Virus record (IMG/VR): IMGVR_UViG_3300021387_001666
Span: 44,189 to 108,188 of that record
Length of the DNA stretch: 64,000 bases
Source: a virus
Lineage: Duplodnaviria; Caudoviricetes
Direction: 5' to 3' (one strand)
Part shown: positions 25,501 through 35,500 of the stretch, one piece after another
How the letters are laid out: each line of letters opens with the position of its first letter
Position numbering within the stretch: position 1 is the stretch's first letter
Made by a program: the position numbers and the translations under genes
The notes under the pieces: model-generated
Database searches by the model: none
Told to the model about the DNA's origin: nothing
The model's input: only the letters and a program-made list of their open reading frames with translations

Positions 25501-26512
25501 TCTGGAGAGTCACTGCAGCATCTGCAGCAGCTTCAGAAAGAGTATTTATTTTATTACCAATGCGGTGAATCTCATTGATGTCAATCTTATACTTTTTGTT
25601 GAGTTGGTGTAGAACTTGTTTCACAGCTTCTTCAGGACTACTTTGAATTACCTGCTGTGACATTTGGTCAACCTGAGTTTTCAGAGCATTTAAGTCAATA
25701 CCTCTATAATTCTTGCAATGATTGACAGCCCTTGCCAATAAAGTCTTCTGAGCATTATTATAACTGCCGGTGTTATGATTAATGTCATCCATAGCCTGAG
25801 CAGCAGCTTCTATAGAACCAAAGCTGTTTATCAATCTTTGTACCTGAGGAGAATTAGCATCCATATTAAACAGTAGCATGGCATCCTTCTTATAGAGATA
25901 ACCTATTGCTACTCTCTGGAGATTCTGAAGTTGAGTTACCAATCCATTATTAGTTGGAGTAAAGGTACTTTTTAGTTCCTGAGGCATGTTTTCTATATCA
26001 ATACCTACAGCAGCAAAAGCCTGTTTCTCTGCATCCCATATCTTTAGTTTTTCCTTAACACCCATAGCATAGGTATGAGTGCGTGAGTTCTTCTCAGCAG
26101 CAATGATATTATAGATGTCACCATGCTGGACTACTGTAGCAGTAAGACCAGTATGAGCATCATTGAAAGCATCAGTCTTCTCAAGAGCTTGTTTACCATC
26201 AGTAAAGTCAATTCTGTTACCATTATTATCAGTGATACCCCATGATATTTCCTCAGAGTTAAGACTACCTATCTCATTAAGCATAGTATAAACATCGAGG
26301 AACTTCATTACATCAGCAGCATTATGTTCTCCCTGAGAGTTTCTCTGATAGCCAGCCTGATCCATTGCATCAGCAGCATTAGAGGCAATATAGGAAGCGT
26401 AGAGCATATTCACCAAAGGTCTGCCTAACTTATTCTTCTCCAAGAGGTCTTTGTACATCTTGCTTGGCTTTCCATTGACCTCAGGATATAAAATACAACT
26501 ATTTCTTGCCAT
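22580..26512 (-). CDS. Large helical virion cargo/ejection protein adjacent to the RNA polymerase gene
   Basis: 1310 aa, mostly helical, hydrophobic C-terminal segments, MNFRQW...EGYW motif; position next to RNAP gene as in crAss-like phages. Confidence 0.65.
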   Translation of the reverse strand: MARNSCILYPEVNGKPSKMYKDLLEKNKLGRPLVNMLYASYIASNAADAMDQAGYQRNSQGEHNAADVMKFLDVYTMLNEIGSLNSEEISWGITDNNGNRIDFTDGKQALEKTDAFNDAHTGLTATVVQHGDIYNIIAAEKNSRTHTYAMGVKEKLKIWDAEKQAFAAVGIDIENMPQELKSTFTPTNNGLVTQLQNLQRVAIGYLYKKDAMLLFNMDANSPQVQRLINSFGSIEAAAQAMDDINHNTGSYNNAQKTLLARAVNHCKNYRGIDLNALKTQVDQMSQQVIQSSPEEAVKQVLHQLNKKYKIDINEIHRIGNKINTLSEAAADAAVTLQRQIRQLEQQIGNNVEGKRLEGVLNQLMRELANKKYYSGVLNFLNEAQTQISEIDNMLNNIPQTGTELEKAFETARVLQDIKSLKEQYYPLVSALADEHLTIDESIGQTDINNIRQSAKDLKEFFDKKERVLDNLTESTMINLMTQIMGSTAPNGQAMINVIRMAAADSSISDYLYSVGRASNPIIAAMGTIIRNAQDSRDGIMNNMSIRIRRATDKLYKSGSNSSFMYEDDGHIISDIDWGLYKAARTAHIKDLYRQGLRGFDLKQAIEDWEDANTEDRVVDNTNGRTERVPDHQYRKPFQQLTQAQQEYYDEMMQLKGEIGSLLPAYAQKQYLPPQLRRNMLDALGQAKDVKDVAKALRNKFENVWKVREDDDNYNMNGIIDGDEYLITEGAFDNTPLRQIPIFFVNKVEQDELLKNFSSGIAALAGTAVNYDAMSNIAQVVEFIGDFTKGQVARDKEPKADIIENKQIRIFKDLFKWGKNTNTAGLIDGFISQHIYGQRRNPNEEHLLTRLFDKIIAYTSFKGLVTNVPGAVANFLVGEFQMLIEAGAGEYYNLKDYAWAHSKLFGTSGVAGDIMELLTNNMSHKATLFREKFDPLNENFSDKSHTKYYKSMFRQLVSHDCSFIGYSSGEYLIHYVNMYGILHNTKLLLNGKRISLYDAFEVVNSQDGNSELRLKNGVTMLDNSPVTSEYIESIRKKIRYCNQTCHGAMNAEDKGLIHQHWWGRGIMNFRQWAIEHYSRRFRKRHFDASLGMEREGYWTSYFHYLFNEDTKEQWDENLLGKAKVIGTTLGESVSMALPWFMRDYMTFMLRAQSQWSNLDEMQRYNVKRVHQEMMMYIALLGLSFALGEPDKHKKEFWRRWWIYQTKRMILETEASMPNPKALSSLLTMLNSPMAGVNTLNSLLYTFFYGPFNGDLIGPNSTIKTGKHKGKNRYWRNFLKYMFPFTKDIERLQTLDEDDSIFQVFKDTPSNY

Positions 26513-26586
26513 ATACTATTATTTAAATGTTATCCTATTAAATCTGCAATATTATTGTAGCACACTGAACTAAAGGGAGGGAACCC

Positions 26587-29500
26587 TTAGCAGAGCTTTT
26601 TAAACTCTGCCAGGGCTTCCTCTTTAGTAAGGTTCAATCCTTTTTGCTTATAAACATTTACCAAGAATCCTGCATAAAGGTCAGGTTTTTCCTTCATCCT
26701 CTCTATTTGATTCAGAGCCTGAGTCTTATTGAACTTAGGATTCTGCTTCTGTATTAAATCAGCAAGTTCCGCAACCTGCTTGGTCTTCTCACTGTCAGTA
26801 GTAATGTCAGTGGTAGAAGTCTCCGCAGCTTCTGCCTCAGCAGGACTGATAGCCTGAAGTTCAGACTCCTGCATATCCTCTATGGTCTCCTTGGTCTCAC
26901 TCATAGGTTTGGTGATGTCAGAAAGATTCATTTCCAGATATTCTGCATTATTACCTAAAGGCTTTACCATGACATAATTCACAGCAGTCTTGTCAGCAAT
27001 AATCTGTTTCCAGAGATAAGTCTGGCCATTATGACGAGTCTTAATATAAGTACTACCTTTCAGGTCAGCCATATCCTTAGGGTCTCTTGCCACCAAAGTA
27101 CCCCTCTTTAAATCTACTGTATAATGAGTACCTTCACCGCCCTTCTTGGGAACCAGTTTGTTGTTATCCCAATTATTGCGAACCCACTGGTCTATTACCA
27201 CATTAGGATTTACACTGGGGAACATTCTATAGGTATCCACATAAGTAGCCTGAGAGCCATTACCAAGGTCAGTGGAGAGTCTTTCCTTAACATAAGCTGG
27301 AACTAAAGACATAAAAGTCTTGGGACTAAAACCTATGCCAGCACGGAAGAAACAGTACTCAAAGAGCTGCTTGGAAAGTTCGGGATTATCCTTATGCAGG
27401 TCTATCCATGCATTTCTGTACATCTCTTTCTGAGACTCATCAATACCAGTGATATTGATAGAGAGAAATGTTCTTCCAGTTCTCTTGGATACATTCTTCC
27501 TAATAGCGGAGATTAAGGCATTGTCAGCATATTTCTCCTTGAATTTCTGGTCATTGAAATACTTGGGGAAGTTATCAATGAATCTCTTTAGATTAGCAGG
27601 ATTCACCATACGGGATGCAATGAGTAGGTATGACTGATAGAAGTTGCTCAGATTGTCCAAGAGCTTCTTATCATTATATACCTTATCTGTTAATCCCTCA
27701 GGCAGAGTAGCCAGCAATTCTCTAAAACCAGTACTACCAGCAGGCATGTCACTGAACATTGCTTTGGCAATATCCACAGTACGAGAGAACTCTTTCAGTA
27801 TAGGATGGTCATAGAAGATGTCATCAATGTCTACAGGATTACCTTTAGAGTCATAGAAGTGAGTACCATCCTCAGAAGCAGCATCTGTGAATTGTTCCAT
27901 CTTATGCTCCATAATAAGGTTGTCAATGATAAGGGGCCCTACAGCACTTGAAACAGAATTGAACCTTGTGGCAAATGTAGGTTTACGTATGGCATCTACC
28001 AAAGACCTTATCTTTTGGAATGCCAGCAACACCTTATAATCAATAACCTCATGGTCTTCAGAAGTCAATCCTTCTACCAACTCCTCTCTTGACAGTGGTT
28101 CTGTATTGATGTTAGAACCGTCATCAATGTTATGCTTGTCACGTAGGTTTCCTATATGCTCCTCAATGATAGTAGAGAGAGGCTTATAATTAGTCAGATT
28201 CTCACGATTAAATTCATTAAGTACTCTTTCGATTACCTCCTGAGACATGAAGAGAGATGCATCATTAGGTGCCATACCCAATCTAAGCAAAGTATTGAAC
28301 ACACCAGCAGTAGTGAGATTAATGTTCATCAGATTTAATACAGGAGTCTTGGCAGCATCAGCAGATGCTGACACACCAGCACCTATAGTCTTACCAATGA
28401 GATTACCTTCATTGTCATGGCTCGGATCAACCTTCATCCTTCCACTAAACTCTGTATCAGCTATGATAAAAGGTTCATTGCCACAGATTTCATCAACAGC
28501 TACATAGTAGTCATTGCTTTCCAGAGTAGCATGAGCCACCTTATTGACAGCAAATACACCAATCAGTGAGGCAGCAGCAGCATTTTGCTTGTAGAACTGA
28601 ATCTGAGTGTCCAGCCAAGTTAAGTCTTTGTCAGTATAACTCAGTTTGTTCAATTCATCAATAGACATCTGCTGGAGCTGTTCCCAAGAGTAGTTATTAG
28701 CAGAATTCTTATAGGCAGCCACCATGTAACCAGCTCTCTTGAATACATCAAAACCACCAGGGTTAAGAATTTTATCGGCAGTCATCTCATTGGTCAGTAC
28801 AGCCCAAGTCATATCCACTATCTTATTGTCCCTATATTTCCTGCCAGAGGTAGGAGCATTAGTAGTATAAGCTACCTTCTGATACTGACTATAGAGCCAT
28901 TGGGTGAAGGCACTCTTGCTTCTCATAGTGTCAGGAGAGTCAAGGAATACCTCAATCTCACTGGCTATGTTGGCAGGAAGTTCCTTACCATTATGTTGCT
29001 TCTTGTAACTATCCTCTACTATGTCAAAGAGTTCTTTGTGAATGATATGCTTGGGTTTTCTTACAATAGGAATATCCTTGCGCATCACATATCTCTTATC
29101 CACATCAAAGTCTGAATCATCAATCTCAGTCAGTTCATAGGGGAACATAATGGCATCACCAGCTTCCCTTGGCATGAAACCTACAGCCTTCATAGGAGCA
29201 CAAGAGTATTTGTCCTCTGTCGGAATTCTGGAGGAAATCATCTTCAGGAGTTCAGGATCAGTAGCTTCCAGAGCCTCCATATTGATAGATCCGTTCTCAT
29301 TGGAGAATTTCTCAAAGATTTCATTAGCCCACATGGGGATAAATACCTCAAAGTATGCAATACCAGCCTGATTCTGCTTGACATATTCCTCATAGGTCAT
29401 ATTGCCTGATGCAGTCTTTCTGTCATACCTTGCATTGAACTTATCAGTCTGAGACATCTCTTTTTTCAGAGGATTCTGCTCATACTCCTCACGGGTCATC

Positions 29501-32500
29501 AACAGTCCACCATCCTTACTATTGAACCTGATATGCAGCTGACGTGAAGTACCAAAGTTAGTTACCTGAACTATAGGTCCTCCAGCAATCTTCTGTTTGT
29601 TTACACGGTTCTTAATAATAGAGTTGATAAGTTGCTCAATACGCTTTGCCTGAATAGGGTCTCCCTTTGGTATTCTGAACTCACCAGTCTCCTTATCAAT
29701 GGAGCAGGCCTGAATAAGGTCTATGCCATATCGAGGGGAAGAGAGTATTTCCCTCTGAAGAATTTTAGATAGAGCAATATTGCGCTCCTTCTTATCTTCA
29801 CTGTTGATGTGCAGCTCCTGAGACAGCTGATCAATACTTTCACGGATATTATCAGCAATGGTCTGTTCATACTCACGTCTGAATTCATTAGCCCTTACCT
29901 TCTTTTTAGTGCCGTCAGGTTCAGTCCATTCATAGAACACCTGATTGTCAGGATCATTGTGGTCTGCATTAGGATTTTTATAGAGGTCAAGGTCAGAAGG
30001 AATAATCATTCTTATCTGAGAGCCATGAGCCTGAGAGTGATTCTTGAAGTGTTCAGGAACCTCCTGCTGCAGACAGTAGTCCTCATATAGACCCTCATGC
30101 ACATAAGTATCAGTAGCATACTCATTGGAAGGATTGCCTTGGTCATCCAATTTGTATACCATTCTCTTCATGTACTCATAAGCAGCTTCCTCACCACCTT
30201 CCATATCTAAGAAAGGATTGAGGTCTATAGGAGCCTGAAGGCCAGACTTAATGGCAGAATCAAACTGAATAGTGTCAATACCCTTAGTAGGATTTAATCT
30301 CTCACTATCTTCCATTACCCTGTAGATAGCTCTTAGGATATTAGGCTTGGAAGTCTTTTCACCTTGCAAAAGGGCATCAGCCATGATGAGCAGGTACTCA
30401 GAGTTCTTGGCTTGGAAAGGTACTGGCATCTGATGGATGGGAGCATTGTCTATACCCATATCATTCTGAAGATGAGTATATACAAAAGGTTTCAGAGGCT
30501 GGAAAGCCACTTCCAAGTCAGTGTAGTTATAGTCACCCTTTAGCAGTTTCTGATAGATGTCTTCTGCCTGTCTTGACCACTTACCAAAGATAAATGCTTT
30601 CTTTCTGTAGGATGAAGGTGAGGAATATGCCTGTCCATCAGTCACATCAATCTTGGTATATCTGCCATTCTCACCTACAAGAGATTCCTTCAGTGCCTTG
30701 AGTTGAGCTTTCTGTCCTTCAGGAGCGGCAGCAATCTTACGGTCAAATACTTCTGCTATATTGGCAATGAGGTCAGTCTTGAATTTCTGCAAACCTTGAA
30801 TAAGGACAGTGCGGTATTTTCCATCAGAAACCCTGTTGCCATTATAGTCAGTAGCAGCCACATTACCCCTGATACCAGGAGCATGTATCTGTGCTAAACG
30901 TTTCTGAAGGTCTTCTGCATCCTTATAGAAAGCAATGTCAGTAATTGTCAACTGGAGAATGTTCTTTGCAGCAAAGTTATCATTCCATAGGAAGTTCTCC
31001 AAGTTAGTCCTAATCTGGGCATCCTCAGTACCAACACCTTCAATATTCTTAGCAGCTTCAATGATACCACTATTCTCCCATTGACTGAGGATAGTAGCTA
31101 CCCTGTTCTCCATATCCTGCCTGATAGCTTGATCAACCAAAGTAGAGAGCTTTGCCTCTTCTTCAGCAGTCAGAACCTCCAGACCATTGATCTTCTTCTG
31201 AAGCAATTTGGCCAATTCAGAGCTATTGTTCTTCTCCAAGAACTGATTAAGGAAAGGCAGGAAGTTGAACTTTCTACCATTAGTGTCAAAGTTGGCAATG
31301 AAATCAGCATCACCCTTTGAGTGATTCCTCATGTTGACAGTTTGGATTCTGGAGAGTTCCTGATTGAATATCTGGTGCAGGCCATAGATGATTTCATCCT
31401 TATAGTTAGTACCTCTGTAGGAATAGAACTTGATGAACTCAGAACTGGGTTTATTAGACATAATAGGCACCCTGAACCATGCAGGAACCAGAGCCTCCTT
31501 TTTCTGACCAGTCTCAGCAAAATATTCAGTAATGAGAGACAAGGTATATTCAGCATCACTCATGTTGCGCATATAGTTATGCTTGTTGAAGTTCAACTCT
31601 ACCTTGTGGTCAAATACCTTACGGGCATTTTCATCAGTAGCCAGCAGTCTGAGCCATTCATTCCTCCATCCCTTGTTGATGTCCCACTGGTTCTTTGCAG
31701 ACTTGAACCACTCAGTACTTCCATATTCCTGCATAATAAAGTCTTCAAACTCCTGACCTTCCAAACGGAACTTATTCATCAGTTTAGTCATAAAGGAAGG
31801 AGTAACATAGGACTGATACATCTTACCTGAATCATAAAAAGCACTAACAGCAGTATCCTCCAGAGTATCTGTGATAGGAGTCAGGAAGTTACGCAGAGTT
31901 CCTGCTATACCATTATCAGAGTTAAATGCAAATGGATTATAGATCTTTGCATTGGGAGTACCAGCATTCCTGAATTGTTCTTCTCTTGCTGCATCCAGAG
32001 ACCTTACCATAAAGCCAAGGCTCTTAGTCATCTTAGAAAGATTCTCCTCATTTATAACATCAGAAAGCATTTCCTCAGTAACAGGATACCCTATCACCTT
32101 ACATACTCCCATGATATTGGCGGCAGCCTCCTTAGACATAGCATTATCCAACTGCTCGCCATGCTGTAATCTGTCCTGAATAGTATTCAAGGCAGTCAGA
32201 GCCTGATGGAGATTAAAGGGAGACTTAGCATCTATAGTGTTGTCTGAACCCAAGAGTTTTCTGTTAATACCCTTGTCAGTAAACAAAGGATGCTCACCAA
32301 TCTTAAATTGAGTGGTAATGGTCTGCATAGCTTCAGAGAGTGCAGGATGACTATTTACAGGGATGCTGTGATACTTACCATCTTCCAGTAATACCACAGA
32401 ATAAGGCTGGAAGTGCTTGGAGAATACCCCAAAGAACTGGCTTTGGAAGTCTGTTTCTTTACCACTCTTGTCAGACAATCTCTCTATTAACTGGTTAAGC

Positions 32501-35500
32501 CAAGGATTCTGAGTAGCCTTTCCTTGCATCTTACCTATCATGTCTTCCAAGGTCAGAGAACCCTGAGTCCATCTAAGGATGCTATTCACAGCCTGACGGG
32601 GATTAATCCTTTCAGCAATGCCCCATTTACTCATCACCTTGTTACCCTCCTTATCCATCTGATAGCATTCATGCAATGCAAGCCTTACCATCTGAGACAT
32701 GGAGTTTAATACATCGATAGTTCTTTGCTCCACCTGCCAATGCTCCTGCTCATCCTTTTCTGACTCTGCCATAGCATCAGGATCATTACTGTAGTCATTG
32801 AAGTTATCAAAGTCCACAGTAGAGTTCTGGGTAGTAGCAAAACCACCCTTGTCATAGTTACGCATAATGCCAAAGCCTTCAGTCATGGCAAAGGTATCAG
32901 TAGCAAGAGTCATAATGGCATCCCAGTTATCAATAATAAGGTCTGCTTGGTCAATGGTATCAAAGTCCTCATAGTCATTTTGTTCAGGGTCAAACTGTTG
33001 CTTTGCCCTATGAATAAGGTTATTGATGCCAATAGCTTCTACAATCTCTTTGCGAGAAGCATTTTTAAAGTCCAAGTCTGTCTGGATATTTGGGAAGAAT
33101 TTCTCAGCTGCCCCTTCTTCTTTTTGCAGGATGGTAATGGTATCACTGATGGAGTTAACCACTAGTTCAGCCACATGCCTTATTTCAGAAGCAGAGATAA
33201 TATTGCTGTCTAGCAGATTGTTAATCTGCTGAGTCATCTTCTCAAACTCTGTGAGATTCTGTTCCACTTTTTCATTTGTCTTAGGTTCATCAGATAACAG
33301 GTTGAGCAAGTCCTCTTGGTTCTTAGCCTCAAGGATTCTTGTCATTCTGTCAAGGATGTCATTGTTTTTTTCTGGAGTCAGTTCAGTATTTATCTGACTG
33401 TCCAGCTCCTGAAGCATAGGAATCTTCCAAGAAGCATCTACAATAGTATCCTCAGTTTTGTCCATGAAGTACTCATAACTTGGAAGAGAGACTCTTTGAG
33501 GTTCTTCTGGAGCTTCCACAGGCAACAAAGCATTAGGATCGGGGAGATAACTTTTCTGATGCTCTACAGCTTCATTATACTGGTCTTTAGTAAAGTGCTT
33601 TTCAATAACCTCACCTTTGGCAGCATCACCTATCACCATAAATACAACTTCAGGATTACCATGATTGGTAGCAATATTGTCATGGTCATACTTCATGTTG
33701 TAGTCCATAGAGGATGCAACCTTGGCTCCAAGTACCCTTTCATAGATTTCCTTTAGTGGCTGCTTGCTACTGTTATAGGTATCCAGATGTGTAGCCCCTT
33801 GCTCTATTAGATAAGGAGCAACAGCACTAAGGAAGCCTTTATTTAGTTGCAGATTGAATAATGATACAAGATTACCATCAGGTTCAATAGCAAAACCACA
33901 AGTTCCGTCCTCATTGAGGTAACATTTACAGTTACTATAGTCATCATGCAAATCTACGAGTTCTCCATTCTTAGTATAGAACTTGACTACTTCAAATATA
34001 TCATGGAATAATTGTGGGTCTACTTGCTCATGAATAGTAAATTTTGTACCAGTCTGGGAATGAGTTAATACCCTTGTGCCCAAGCTACTAAAGCCGCTCT
34101 GGGACTCCAGTTCTCTTTGTAGTAATTTTCCAAGACGTTCTGTGGCATCTTGTCCAATTCCTCCTTTTCCCACGGCTCCATTACTGCCTTTTCTAACTGC
34201 TTCTTGTACTCTTCTAAACTCATTGCTGTATTTAATTTGATTATTATTAGAACGATTATCTCCTTGGTTTATTGTATTAAAAGTATCATCATTCCAATGG
34301 TCAGTCCATTCTTTATTAAATTGGACATTAGAAGGAACTTCGCCAGCCTGTTTGAACATAGCAAGCATTTCCTCTCCCAAGTAACCATTTAGAGATAGTT
34401 TACCAAAAGGATAATGAGATACCTTAAACTGCTTGTCAGGATTCTGACGAGCTGTCTCATACAGTTTCTGAATACCTTCTATTATCTGGTGAGGAGTCAT
34501 TGACCTTTCAGCATTCAAAGGGTGGCTCTGCATTTCAGAAAAAGAATGATTTTCATACCACTCCTTGACTTCCGTCTCTTCTTTAGGGCTAGGTCTGTAC
34601 CACCTAGTGTTTTTAGCCTTGTCCAAGTTTTTAGTAGGGAGAGCATAGGCACTGCCCTGTAGCCCTTCTCCTTGACCTTGAATGGCTCCAAACTTAGATT
34701 TAGCTGTAGCTGCTGTCCCAGCACCATGAATGCCTTTTGGATTACTTCCAAACACAAAGACTGTATTAGCATCAGGAGTAATTAAACCCTCATAGGAAGC
34801 AGGAACTCCATTGTTATTTGAAATCTTACTCTCCGTACTGGTAGTATTTTGGGGAGCTAAAGGACTGCCTTCTGTCTTCACATTATTAGATATGATAGTG
34901 ACAGTGTTAGTAGCTCTTGATACACCCACATATTCCAATTGCTGACGGACATTAGCAATATTAGGATTACTACCGGGGGTCTCTTCAGCAGGAACTGAGG
35001 ACAAATCACCTAAGTCAACATCTTCAGAACTTCTTATTTCCATAGAAGCATCAGCAATAAGTCCTGCATCACCCAAGTCTACTACAGACATGGCATTGGC
35101 AGCATTATTTAAGGTGTTACTTGCCTTTGCCACATCAATGTCATCCATGAGGACATGAGTAAAAGTAGAACCTTGAGACTTGTGGATAGTCAGTGCATAG
35201 CCAAAATCAACAGTCTTAGGCTGGAGAAGATTATGAGTGGTAGGATCTTCAATGTTGTCATTGACAAAGAGGAATTGGTCAATAGAGTTAATCTGAGACA
35301 AGATATTACCCTTAGCTTCCCTGCCAACAGCACGTCTGTATTGTTCCCACAAAGTTTTCTTCTGAGTAGCCAACTGAAGAGCAGCTTGCCTATTCTCCTG
35401 ATTGCCCTTAATATCCATATAATTAAAGGTATCAGTTTCACCAAGAGAGTTCTCCATAGTGATAGGAACATAAGTCATGGTAAATTCTTGACCATTCACT

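Noticed and set aside
34940-35130. Possible intein between the last helicase motifs of the RNAP polyprotein
   Set aside because: Short acidic linker lacking Cys/Ser start and His-Asn end
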